DNA of 64,000 nt from Eledone cirrhosa (taxonomy: Eukaryota): the NCBI GenBank assembly GCA_964016885.1, contig OZ024760.1, positions 4,898,001-4,962,000 of the forward strand. Reading direction: 5' to 3'. The notes under the pieces were generated by a model. It saw nothing but the letters and a program-made list of their open reading frames with translations. It had not been told where the DNA came from and searched no databases. The position numbers were made by a program, and so were the translations under genes. The stretch's first letter is position 1, and each line of letters begins with the position of its first letter. Shown piece by piece: positions 22,688 through 43,290 of this stretch.

Positions 22688-23269
22688 TACACACACATAC
22701 ATACATATATAGATATATGCTAGCCATGTCACTCACCATGATGAACCCTCTGGAAGATTGTTCCTCTGGACTCTGGATGCAAAAGGACAAATTGGTTGGC
22801 CGTGTATGACCTTGAAATTAATCATCAAGATTAACACAGGCCTCAAAGGAGCAGATTTGTGTGGTGCATTGGTTGACTGAGAACTCTGAAGCTTGAACTT
22901 TGTCAATGCCTCAGAGCATCAGATGATTTGAGAAGATGATGTATACATACATGTAAATCTATAATTGTTTCTACTTTTTGGCACAAGCCCAGCAATTACT
23001 CCAGTGCATTACTGGTGCTTTATTTTATCGACTCCATAAAGATGAAAGGCAAAGTTGAACTCGGACAATAAAAGGCTGTAACTCTATATTGCAAAGCATG
23101 ATGTCTGACCCTCTACCGATACTGCCAAACCACATGTAAATCTATAATGTATGTTGGTTTTGCCTGTAAAATATATATCCAGCGATCCCCCCCCCCCCCC
23201 CCCCCCCCGACATATTCTAACCACATGACTATAGTATCAGTGTTGTTATCTCTGCAGTATACAGTCTAT

Positions 23270-24420
23270 TGAGTCAATCAGGTAATACAGGACTAAGTTA
23301 TACCCAATTGCAGGTGCAGCTGTACAATCATAAATTGCTACAAGCGTAAAGGTGATGCCCTAGAAAGGAGCTACTACAGAGGAATGAAACTAATGGAGCA
23401 AGTTATGAAAGTGATGGAAAGAGTTCTAGCACAGCTAATTAGAGAAAGAATTAAATTAGACAAGATGCAATTTGCATTTATATATATATGGGAAAAGCAT
23501 GACAGATGCCTTGTTCTTAGTGAAGGAAGTTCCTCGTCAAGAATAAGCCACTATATTTAGCTTCTGTTGATTTAAAAAAGCCTTTGACAGAGTACCTTGA
23601 TCTGGTATCTGGTGGCTTTTAAGAAAATTGAGGTTAAAGACCAGTGCAAGTCATGAGGAGGGGAGCTATCAGGAAAGTGAGAGTAGTTAAAGTTCATCAG
23701 GGTTTGGTTCTTAGCCCACTGCTGCTCATTATAGTTCTCCAGACCATCTTCATAGGAACTCCAATTATGGAAACAGAAATTATAATAAAAAAGGATGAGA
23801 ATAAACTTAGAAAAAACTAAAGTGTTGGTAAGCAGGAAAGAAGACAAGACCCTGATCCAACCAGGGATGTCGCCCTGCTTATAGTAAACCAGTAGGCAGA
23901 AACTCTATATGATGTACACATTTTGGGTACACAAGATGTGTAGTATGGCAGCAGGTAGACTAACAGGAAAATAAGTCTTTATATCTACTAGATGCACAAT
24001 GGGAAGAGCGTCAGTGATATAAACCTCTTTGAATCACTTGCAGAAGCCGTAGATGTGGTTGATAGCTTCTGCTATCTAGGTAGCCTAATTAGCAGTGGAG
24101 GAGGGTGCTCCCAAAGCATAATAGCTAGAATAAGAATAGGATGAAAGAAGTTCAGAGAGCTACTCCCACTATTGAGAACAAAAGGTTCCCCTTATGTACA
24201 AAAGGACGGCTGTATGACGCCTGGGTGCGAAGTGCGATGCTGCATGTTACAGAAAAATGGGCAGTGACTGTAGAGGCTAAGTGTATGTAGGCTGGAAATA
24301 AATGAAGCAACGGTGCTGGATGTGCAATGAAATGTCAGAGAACAGCAGAGCTTATATGGACTGAGAGAGAAACTGGGTTTAAGAAGAATCAGAAGTGGTG
24401 TGCAAGAGAAAAGACTGCTG
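23270..24420 (+). pseudogene. Heavily decayed RTE LINE RT region
   Basis: Remnants of NCYK.KGDALERS.YRG, AFDRVP, HQG..LSPLL, DSF.YLG..ISSGGGCS with many frameshifts. Confidence 0.8.
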
Positions 24421-24445
24421 GCCACTAGAAAATTTCAAGCCAAGT

Positions 24446-24549
24446 GTAAACAAAGTGGTTGTCTTGAGAAACATTTGAAAAAATTAACTTTGTTGCCTCC
24501 CTTGCAGTTGCTAGGGAAGTGTTTTGCTCATGCTACCAGTAGGTGGCGC
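24446..24549 (+). promoter_or_regulatory. Candidate HYLS1 promoter: Forkhead site, RFX X-box(es), CTCF motif
   Basis: GTAAACAAA 24446-24454; GTTGTC-TTG-AGAAAC 24458-24472 fits GYTRYY-N1-3-RRHRAC; X-box-like GTTGCTAGGGAAG 24507-24519; CCAGTAGGTGGCGC 24536-24549 fits CCASYAGRKGGCRS. Confidence 0.55.
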
Positions 24550-24566
24550 TAGTAATCAAAAACAAT

Positions 24567-26213
24567 ATGGCTTCTTACGTCGATTGTTTAAAACCCGAAT
24601 TCACGGAAGAAGAAATAAGAAACGAATTGGCGCAGTTTGGCATCAACGATGTCGACCAGAGTAGTTTACGTCAATTTCAAGAAGAACTTCAAAATTTAGT
24701 GAAAGAAATGATTTCCAGTTCTCAACAGAATGCTAATATATCCACTACAGCTAAAACTTCTTCCAACAACGCTCCATCTTCTTCGTTATCTCTTTTGACA
24801 CCATTTACAATAACTTCACCGTCGCTCATGATACCAACTGACAAGAAAAGTACAGAACAACCTTCCTCTGTTACCGTTTCTTACAACCAACCCCGGCCTC
24901 ATATCCAACGCACAACTGAAAATACGGAATATACTCTAAGGCTCTTAAACGGTGTTGATAGAGTGGATGGTGACTCGGAAAAAACCACCTGCCGCCACAA
25001 CACTCACAGGTTCAACTGTCATCGACATGCTGATAAAAAAAAGAACTTAAAAAGTAGGAAAACTTCTTTTATTCATTCGACAGAAAAAAATATCCCACAA
25101 CTGGATCAGTTTAAAAGTTTTGATGATCTCTTAAATAAAGAGAACGTCCGTCCCCGTCAAGTAGTGCCTTCGTCATTGTCATCAGTATCAGTCTCAAAAA
25201 CTTCACAGGTGGCCGCCGCCAACCATATGATCAACACCTATACCAACGCCACCAACATCACAACGAACATCTATACCACCGCCACCAACAATACTAGCAA
25301 CACCTATACCACCGCTGCCACAACTACTAACACCTATGCCTCCACCACCATCAACACCTATACCGCCTCTAACATCGCCACTGCAAACACCTTAACTGGA
25401 GCCACCAACACCGGCAAAAACACAGCTAGTATTGCTTCCAACACCATCACCACAAAGACCTCTAACGCTGCCACTAATACCGCCGCTACCAACACCACCG
25501 CCACCAACACCAACACCATCAACTCCTCTAACGCCGCCACCAGCACCAACAATTCTAACACCAACAACAACAACACCTCTACCGCCGCTACCAACAACAC
25601 CATCACTTCTACCGCAGCCGCAACAATCACCACAACCACCATCTCCGAAAGCAATATCGCGGCGATAAACAAACCGATTTCATTGGTAAACAATTCTGTT
25701 ACAAAAAGGAAAATTTCTCGCAAAGGAATCGATGGTAAATGCTATATTGACGAAAGCGAATCTATCAGTAGCATTAGTAGTAGTAGTAATAGTATTAACA
25801 GTTGTTTTAGCAGTACTTTACAGTCTGCTGAATACCAGAATTATTTGAGAGAGATGACAAATAAAGAAAGACTTTTCTATCAGAGAGCCATTGCTTCTAG
25901 TGACAGCCGGCCAAAATCTACAATAATAACTGCCCCGAAACAGCCGAAGCTGAAGAAAAACAACAAATCAGACCCAGTGAAGAGGTTTCACGAATTTCGG
26001 GTCTATTGGAACTTGCACAAGGTCCCTGGTGAAAACAAGCACAGCGCTCTACGATGGAGTATTCGAGAAAAAATAGCCAAACGTGACGTTATAGAAAGCC
26101 GTCCCAGGAAAAAAATCGTGTCCAATAATTACGAAATACCTTCACAAAAACAACGACAATCTCTTCGATGGCAAATACGAACTGATCTGGCTTATGCTAC
26201 TTGCCAGTTTTAA
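24567..26213 (+). CDS. HYLS1: Centriolar/ciliogenesis protein HYLS1, single coding exon, 548 aa
   Basis: C-terminal HYLS-1 box: KSDPVKRFHEFRVYW..KVPGE.KHSALRWSIRE...NNYEIPSQKQRQSLRWQIRTDLA; KRKISRK and RPKS motifs; N-terminal FTEEEIRNELAQFG; AATAAA at ~26333. Confidence 0.88.
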   Translation: MASYVDCLKPEFTEEEIRNELAQFGINDVDQSSLRQFQEELQNLVKEMISSSQQNANISTTAKTSSNNAPSSSLSLLTPFTITSPSLMIPTDKKSTEQPSSVTVSYNQPRPHIQRTTENTEYTLRLLNGVDRVDGDSEKTTCRHNTHRFNCHRHADKKKNLKSRKTSFIHSTEKNIPQLDQFKSFDDLLNKENVRPRQVVPSSLSSVSVSKTSQVAAANHMINTYTNATNITTNIYTTATNNTSNTYTTAATTTNTYASTTINTYTASNIATANTLTGATNTGKNTASIASNTITTKTSNAATNTAATNTTATNTNTINSSNAATSTNNSNTNNNNTSTAATNNTITSTAAATITTTTISESNIAAINKPISLVNNSVTKRKISRKGIDGKCYIDESESISSISSSSNSINSCFSSTLQSAEYQNYLREMTNKERLFYQRAIASSDSRPKSTIITAPKQPKLKKNNKSDPVKRFHEFRVYWNLHKVPGENKHSALRWSIREKIAKRDVIESRPRKKIVSNNYEIPSQKQRQSLRWQIRTDLAYATCQF

Positions 26214-27818
26214 TGACTAACGAAGATGTTATTCAATAGATATGTATTTTTATGATTTCTCTATCCTCCGTGTTACTAGTTGCATATATATGTCGTTTTA
26301 TAATGTACGTACAACTTTAGTAACTATCTGTAAATAAAACACGATACTTCTCTGTGGAATGAACACATTAAAAAGAAAAATAGAGAAATATATAAATTTG
26401 TAAATATATGTATACATATATATATTTTTTATATCTTCGTGTATGTATTTTTCTTTTTACATTCTTTTAACTATATATGTTCATGAATGTACACACACGT
26501 TTTGTCGCTGCACCAGGTAATATTACACAGGTAAAAGTAATTATAATTTTTGACTAGTTTATTTAGTTTATAACATTCTATACATAACATACAGAAGAGG
26601 AATACTTGCTGACAGTTGTGTCCTAAATAAGACTTCTCGCTTTAACCTAACAGTAAATGCTAAGACCATCAGGTCAGTAGCCATCGATTATTGACAGTCC
26701 ATCGTTTTCAATTAATACAATCGCTGTCAATAAATGTTATTAAGGCCATTGAACTGGTTGAGTACCTCTCAACACGTCGGTTGACAACAGAAGCCGGCAT
26801 GTTTATCTCCCCTTAACTATGTTTTAACAAAGTTTCTGCACACACGCATTTAGCTTTTAACGTCGTTTCGTGACCGAACTTCCTGGTTCATTGAAAAAGA
26901 CATAAACAAAGCATGTTCGATTCATTTTTATATAAACACACATTGATATACATTTATTTACCCCTCTCTCTCTATATATATATATATATGTATGTACATT
27001 TATATATATATATATATATATTGAAATTAACTACAAACAGATTGATGCGGATTATGTTTAAAAATGTGTGTATATGAACACACGTGTGTGAGTGTGTTCA
27101 TATACACACATTTTTATATATAATCCGCTGTCGTCTGTTCGTAGTCAGATATTAGTTAACGAGGTTGGTCGGATTGAATCCTCACAGCCCCGGCCGCTAT
27201 TTACTTATTCAATTTTATAAGAACCGTTTGTTGGAAATACCAATTGATAATTCAGAATGCACACATCTTTGTCTGCATTCTAAATTACTCGTTGGTATTG
27301 GTGTCTGCCAACTAAATAAAGCTATATAAATATATACACACGCACACAAACAAAGATAAGGCAAGCGACGAAGTCTTTAAGCGGTCATTTGCTCTGCAAG
27401 ACATAGCAGCGACATTTTCCTATGAAAACCACATCGTATTGTGTTTAAATAAATATTTTTAAAAATCTAAAGTCTATCTCGAGGCGGGAGACGCAACAGG
27501 CGTCAGTTGACGACGCAAGCCGACATGGTTCTCTCCCTTTGATTATATTTTAACGAAGTTTTTGCACACACATTTAGCTTTTGACGTCAAGTTTTCCACC
27601 CACTACAACCGCGTTTCCTGGCTCATTGAAAAATACATATTGCATTTGTAGCGGAGCTTGTTCGATTAGTTTATTAGATTACAGCAAACTATATATATAT
27701 ATATTTATTTTTATTTTTTTTTTCTTATGACAGGCTGAATGAGTTGGGGTCCAGAACCCAACGAAACTTAAGCACATGTTTATGTCACTATTGTAACTAT
27801 ATATATACACACACACAT

Positions 27819-27970
27819 GTATGTAGTTGATGACCAACAGAAATGAGTACTCAATACCATTCCTATCTGATGACCTTGTGAAAAGCTGGCGAAACTCCAG
27901 AGTAACAAGACTCACTATTTACCTTTAATAAAATGAATATTTAAACCCTACTTCGGTATTGAGTACTCTT
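27819..27970 (+). mobile_element. Short PLE-terminus-like element with hammerhead motif and inverted ends
   Basis: gagtactcaatacc (27845-27858) / ggtattgagtactc (27955-27968); CTGATGA 27867-27873, GAAAC-tccaga-GTA 27891-27904; relative on the minus strand at ~31895-32018. Confidence 0.55.
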
Positions 27971-28017
27971 TTCAGATAATTCAGAATGCTCACATTTTTG
28001 TCAATTAGTAAATGAAC

Positions 28018-28194
28018 TAAAAATAATAACAAAGTCAAGTTATTTTACCTATTTATATTGTTTTACGATCGTTTCGGAGGGTTGATCATATTGACTGATC
28101 TATAGTAGTTATATAACAAATGATCAACCCTCCGAAACGATCGTAAAACAATGATATGAATAGGTATAATAACTTGACTTTGTTATTATTTTTA
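28018..28194. repeat. Fold-back palindrome, ~72-bp arms and 30-bp spacer
   Basis: aataataacaaagtcaagtt...cgatcgtttcggagggttgatcat / atgatcaaccctccgaaacgatcg...aacttgactttgttattatt. Confidence 0.9.
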
Positions 28195-29424
28195 TTGTTA
28201 AATTAATATCTAATCAGATTCTGTATCTAAGGGAACATCTACCCAGCAGAACACAGAACATTCCTGTGGATTCTATTGGATTACTCACTATCAGATTACA
28301 TTGAGTTCTATCTATGGTATAGACCCTACCACGAAAGGTAGACCACATTGAAAAAAAATATATATATATATATATACAAAAACAAACATAAATATGCAGA
28401 TGGAGCACAGGACGAAGTCTTTTGGTGGTCATTTACTCTGCTAGAATTAGCAACAAAATTTTCCTAAGAAAATCACACCCTATTGTCTTAAAATATATCT
28501 TTAAAAAGTCTAAAGTCTGTCTCAAGCCTGGATACTAATCAGGCTGGTGCTTATCCTGGTTTCCTTGGCTTGAAGTGGCTCAGAGTACAAGACTTCCCCC
28601 TAGACAGGATGCCAGTCCATTGCCATTTCAGCTATTGCTGGTACTCATTTTCAGTTGTATACACTAGCAATGTGAAATTAAGTGTTTTGCTCAAGAACAC
28701 AACATGCAATCCAGTCCAGGAATCAAACACACAACGTTATGATCATAAGTTGAAAATCCCTTACCACTAGGCCATGTATATAAACTCAAAATAAATAAAT
28801 ACATACAGAGTGGTGATGGGTGGGCTGACTAGATTACAGGTGTGATTTGTCAGAGCTGACCTATTATTAAACGACAGCCTACACTCCCTCTCTCTTTCTC
28901 CCTAGAAAATACATTCCTACCCCCAAACCCACCCACCACCACCAGTACTGAGTACTATATTGGTTAATAACAATCACCTCTGGCACTGGGAACATGATGA
29001 AATACTTCCAGTATAAAAGAGTGAGTCTTATCACATAATGGAGAATTTTAGGCATATACTATTTACTACAACTACTTTGAGACTAAACTCTGCCAGTTGC
29101 AGACTGCGCACCAAGGAGATATTTTTTTCCACAAAGTTTGATCACCAACAGCAGAGTTTAAAGAGCAAAGATCACATCCAGTTCATAGGTTGACATTATC
29201 AAGTCATTATTTTGGCTGCCGGCCTCTGCTTCTCTTACTAGCCAACCTTCCTTCCAGGCATAATCTACTCACACCACGAGTTGATCTTTTTATTTGACTG
29301 TATAGTTTGAGTGTTCTTGACTTGATAATTGATGTAATTGATCTAAGTCTGGTAATGTTGAGCAGCTCATTGATACAGATACAGATATATACTTTTGTTA
29401 TTGTGGATCATTTGATAAGCTAGA

Positions 29425-30500
29425 CTGTTGTAGCCAATGGGGCCCTCTCAAAGGAAACATCAATAACATGTGGGATGCCCAGGGCACGGTCTTGGGCTCA
29501 CTACTGTTCTTGGTGGCTCTTTCAGACATTGCTTCTGTAGTATATATAACATCCCTCACTAGCTATGCTGATGACACAAAGGTAGAACAGGCAATCAAGA
29601 ACCTGGCTGATACTACTCTTTTACAACAAGATCTAGATGCCTTACACAAATGGGCTGAGGACATCAATATGCAATTTATTGCTGGAAAATTTCAAGCCCT
29701 ACAATATCAACCTGCTAACACAAGGACAATACAACAAAGCTACACCGGACTAGGAGGGATCAAAATCGATATGAGACCTGGTTATAGACATGAACAATGA
29801 TGCATTATTTTCTTCACACATTAAAAGGGCGACAATATGCAGATGACTCACTGGCTGGATCTTGAGGTCTTTCAAGATAAGAGACCGAGAAACCGTGTTG
29901 GTATTATGAAGGACATTTGTCTAAGCCAACTGGACTATTGCTCTCAACTGTGGTCACCCTATAGTGTCAAACTAACCAGGGAACTTGAAGCAATCCAACA
30001 AAGCCCCACCGAGAGGATTGCCATGATGAAGGGGATGAGCTACTGGGAGAGACTGAAAGAACTAAAACTCTACTCCTTGGAATGGAGGCAGGAGAGATAC
30101 GCAGTGATATACATATGGAAGAACCTGGAGGGACTAGCACCAAACTTTGGCATTGAAAGCTGGACCAACCCCTGAACAAGACATCACTGTGTGGTGCCAA
30201 AGGTCCTGTTTTTCACATCTAGAGTAAGGGGCAGATATTGCAATAGCCAGGAGTTCAAAGGCCCTCAACTCTTTAATAAACTGCCAAGAAATTTGAGAGA
30301 TCTGCATGGTGTGGATGTGGATGTTTTCAAGAAATATCTTGACACTCTGCCATCCAGGATCCCAGATAAACCCACAGCACAGAATGAAGGAAATCTAAGG
30401 TCAGCTGCAACAAACGCCCTCTTACATCAATGGCCAGCCAAAGCAGGCTGGATATAAAATGTGTAGCAACAAGGACGGTGCCCCAGCTAGATGGATGGAA
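29425..30500 (+). pseudogene. Decayed CR1-like LINE (RT C-terminal region)
   Basis: QGTVLGSLLF, YADDTKV, LQQDLD..W, LDYCSQLWSP, YWERLKELKLYSLE; frameshifted. Confidence 0.8.
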
Positions 30501-30517
30501 CAGGTAAAAGAGTATAT

Positions 30518-30892
30518 ATCATCATCATTTGACGTCCGCTTTTCCCTGCTTGCAAGGGTGGGACAGGTCCTATTTAGCACAGCATCTCTCCACTTGTCAC
30601 GGTCCTTCGTCATCTCCACCGTGAGCTTCAGCGATCTGAGGTCTGCTCTCACCACCTCTGCCCATGTTTTTCGTGGTCTTCCTCTAATACGTCTTCCTTC
30701 AACTGGATTTCTTGGCAGTTCTTCACTCATCGGTAATCGTCTATGCGCATCACATGTCCATACCATCTCAGTCTTCTTTCCCCCACACAACAATTTATCC
30801 CTCTCAAACAGTTTCTCTCTCAACACATCCATGCTTAGCCATTCACGCACATATACATTGCACATCCAACGCCAATGTGCGTGAACGGCCGA

Positions 30893-30895
<3 letters not shown>
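30518..30895 (-). mobile_element. RTE 3' fragment (same subfamily as 1711-2902)
   Basis: GRPRKTWAEVVRADLRSLKLTVEMTKDRDKWRDAVLNRT, (GAT)n tail. Confidence 0.85.
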
Positions 30896-30937
<42 letters not shown>

Positions 30938-31719
30938 CTCTTTTACCTATTCTGGCGATCCACAATGCTCCAACAGATTTCAGAAGCGATAAACATGAAC
31001 TACATTGGGGAGTTGTTTCTTTAAAGTATTTTTGAACTCTGAACAGAAGAGCCAGTCTATTTAGATGCAGTTCTAACTATGTTTAGCATTTGGAGTGAAT
31101 GCAAGGGCTCTCTGATTGTGTGCTGTTCATGTTTAACCTTTTAGCATTTAAACCGGCCAGAATTCTCTCACCTCTTTCCCTTCAAACCATCCCTAACTGG
31201 CCACACATAACAATGTGATAAGGTATTGTTCTCAAAATAAATAATATAAAAATCCTGCAGCTACAATATTATTTGAGGTAAAGCCTTTACCACAAAAATA
31301 CAATAGTAAATATAGAGTAATGTAAATGCTAAAGGGTTAATGGTGGTGATCTGCAGTGATGTTTTACTTCCATACACATACAATCTCCATATACTGTATT
31401 CTTCTGAGTATTGCACACATCCGTGTATAGTGTGCACCCCTCTTTGGCTAGAAAAATATTTGGAAAAGCCAGGAGAAAATCTGTTGCTGGACGTTCAAGT
31501 TAGAGAAATTTAGTGAATGCAGAGATGTATGTAAAAACTGTGGAGTACACAGACATTTCAGAAATAAATGAAACGATATATATACTGTATCAGTAAAATT
31601 TTATTCAAATATTTTATTATATAATCTTATATTAGAAAAGGCACGATCGAAATATTGTATAACAAAATGAATCCTCAAAGAACAAAATGAGGTTTCAGAT
31701 TAGGTTTTTATTGCTTACA

Positions 31720-31801
31720 AGTTTGATGAGATTGAGGCTGGAGTCGGGTCTATAACACTTATATGGATCCTGAGCCATCCATCTGTGAAACGTTCGTAAC
31801 T
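31720..31801 (+). ncRNA. Degenerate hammerhead motif
   Basis: agt-TTGATGA...hairpin cgggtctata/tatggatcctg...GAAAC-GTTC-GTA-act, AATAAA 3' of it; related to 8332-8406. Confidence 0.45.
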
Positions 31802-31848
31802 GAACCAAATCAATAAAAAAACATAAATATGAAACCGTTTTGTTTTTT

Positions 31849-31891
<43 letters not shown>

Positions 31892-33283
31892 ACGGTATGT
31901 AGTTGACGGACGAGAGGAAAGTGTACTCAATACCGAAGTAGAGTTTAAATATTCATTTTACTAAGGCTAGATAGTTAAGAGTCCTGTTACTCTGGCGTTT
32001 CACCTGCACGCTCAGACAAAAACATATATATAGTTATATTTTGTGTGCGTTTATCTAGAATTTTTTATGACTTGAATCCTGTGATTTCAGTAAAATTAAT
32101 ATATTGAGAAAATAAATTCCGAGTTATCTCCCTTGTCTGATCTAGCTCTCGTGTGTGTGTATGCGTGTTATTTTTTGTACAATTATTTGAAGCTTCCTGA
32201 AGATAAGAGAAGAGTTACCAATGGTAGACGAACCTGATTACCAATAATATACCATTCAACCAGCTTTGTACGGTAAATAACACATATATTTATATAGTCG
32301 TAATTATATATATATATATAAAATATATATGTATATATATATATATGTACGTGTGTGTCAGCGTTGTATATGTATATACTGTAAATGCATATATACATAC
32401 ATACGTATACACACACATAGGGTTTCAGTTGATAATACGTTGTCGAATTTCTTGCTACTTATATATTTGTATGTTATGTACGTTTGGGTCTGTGTCGCTT
32501 CTTTTTAAAGCAAATGTTTGTATCTATGTCGTATATGTCTCTCTTCAAAGTAAAAAAGAAATGTGTCTATGTCTTTTTTATTTTCAAAATAAATGTGTCT
32601 ATATCCGTTTCATGGAAACTATAAGCTCGTGTAATATATCTTCCTTTTCATGAATTTATGCCTACATATTTTAGAAGGACATAAATACTAACTGGTGTTG
32701 TTAAATTCTTTTACGATGTCTGATTTTCCCCAGTCTATTAATACCGACGTAGATTTAGAACAGGGGGTTCTATAAATAAATGGTTAATGGGACTACTTAG
32801 TAGAGAGGAGGCTCGGTTTAACTTCTGGGTCAAACCCTGACATTTGTTTGTATCAGAAATGAAAATAGATAAAATAATACAATAAAATACATCTATGGCT
32901 TATTCAGGTTTCTGGTTTAATCGTTAATTTTATATCCTGCTATATTATATACTTAATTATTTTTGTACATGCCTTATTGACCCCTAGACCGGGATCCCCA
33001 CCGTCTCTAATACCTACCACTGTGCCAATAATTGCTACAATCCTGGGGTTAAGGATTCCACGAAAGGGTCTAGTTTAAAAAAGTTTGGCGATTCCTAATT
33101 TACAATATATGATAACCACTCTGCAAAACCTATGGCTTATTATAGCCTAACTTAAAAATTAGTATAAATCATTTTTAAAAGATAAAAAAAAGACTTGTTT
33201 TCAACAAGTTGGTTGGATTACTGTTATGTATAAGTTAATGTACATCGTATAGTGTAAATATGTTTCTGTGTACATCTCTCTCT

Positions 33284-33338
<55 letters not shown>

Positions 33339-33351
33339 CATACACACACAT

Positions 33352-33414
<63 letters not shown>

Positions 33415-33599
33415 CACATATACATATCAAAGTTATAGAGAAATTCAACCAAGTGTTTATTAGTTTACGATTATTTCGAAGAAAGAGGTCAAAATCAAAT
33501 CAATAAACGTACGGAGTCGATAAAATAATGTACCAGTAATGCACTGGGTATTTGCTGGCCTGTTGCCTAAAGTAGAAACAATTATATATATATATATAA

Positions 33600-33780
33600 A
33601 GGGCGATGGATTGGCAGGGTCGGACGCCATGCTTTGCAGCATAGAGTTACGGCTCTTTACGGTCTGAGTTCAAATCCCGCCGAGGTTAATTTTGTCTTTC
33701 ATCCTTACGGTGTGGATAAAATAAAGTACCAGTAATGCACTGAGATAATTACTGGCTTTGTGCCAAAAGTAGAAATAACT
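33600..33780 (+). mobile_element. MetaSINE copy
   Basis: gggcgatggattggcag...GAGTTCAAATCCCGCCGAGG...tttcatccttacgg..gataaaataaagtacca; minus-strand copies at ~18273-18437, 22962-23130, 47605-47765, 50915-51030. Confidence 0.75.
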
Positions 33781-33912
33781 ATATATATATATAATATGCA
33801 ATGTGTTGTATTTATATAATGTTGTTTCCATATAAACGAATTGTTGAAGCGAAAGTGAAAACATTTAATCGGATATGGAGTTACGTAGTTCATATAGCTG
33901 TGTTTGTGTGTG

Positions 33913-34118
33913 TACGAGAATCGACTGAAAAGTTCTTAGACTGACCAAGATACTATCATGGAATAACCAAATGAGGTTTATTTTTCAGGATAGTCCCTGG
34001 AAAGAAACAATTTAGTTATTAATAAGTAGAGTCGAAATTAATGCATGCAAGATTTTCCAGTTCTAACATGCATCACTCCTTCATAGACAGCCTATGAACT
34101 TTTCAGCTTACCCTCGTG
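33913..34118. mobile_element. Mariner-type MITE (~205 bp)
   Basis: TACGAG..CTGAAAAGTTC / GAACTTTTCAG..CCCTCGT termini with TA; opposite-orientation copy at ~52005-52195. Confidence 0.6.
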
Positions 34119-34410
34119 TATGTGTGTATATATATATTTCCTTCGAATGAAACAGTTCTAGTCCTGTAGAAGCCATTTTGATATTAAATAATGTATATAC
34201 TCTTTGTATTGTGTACCTTACTGTGGTTACTCCCGATTGAACCCGGGATACATATATAGATAGATTGAATGTACCTATTTACCTGCGTTGTATTGAAGCG
34301 AATATCTGTGTCTACTCTGAGAGTTTATTTAACATTACCTATTGAGTACTCTAAGATGCAGCCGGTCCTATCAGTGAAACCCATGCTAGTTCCGTCAACT
34401 TATATATATA

Positions 34411-34860
34411 TGTGATGGCTGCAAACTCTGCTAAGAGTATTGTAATCGCTTGTCACATTCAGATGTGTGACGCTCGGATAGGGCTTTTCAAGCCTGCTAG
34501 AGACTTGCATTCCTTCGTACATTGACGACAACTATGGATCTCCCTGGCCTCAGGTCTTGCATCAGGTCACCTGTGAACCTTCACAATACCGTAGAGATCA
34601 TAGTTCTCTTTGAACATGGCTGCGACGTGGCTTCTGGGAACAGATTGGCTCTACACATTCATACATGTGATAAAGCTTGTTACTCTAGATTTTCACCTGA
34701 TGGTTCTGTGAGTACAATTTCAGTGTAGGAGGTGACTCTTGCAGAAACAGAACTTATCCTGTACAAGTCAGCCCAATAGAATAAAATAATGTACCCTCTC
34801 TAGCTGGTGTATTAAGTACCTTTAATTGTTTCCCTTCTGTTATTTAGCGGAACATTCCAC
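34411..34860 (+). mobile_element. Possible solo LTR (~450 bp)
   Basis: GC-richer island between TA tracts, starts TGTG, ends CCAC, AATAAA at ~34780; no internal coding or second LTR. Confidence 0.3.

Positions 34861-43290
<8,430 letters not shown>

Noticed and set aside
24505-24566. HYLS1 as an in-frame alternative last exon of WASHC2
   Set aside because: In-frame TAG at 24540-24542 follows the best acceptor (24507); WASHC2 has its own stop and poly(A) signals; promoter-like motifs are present locally
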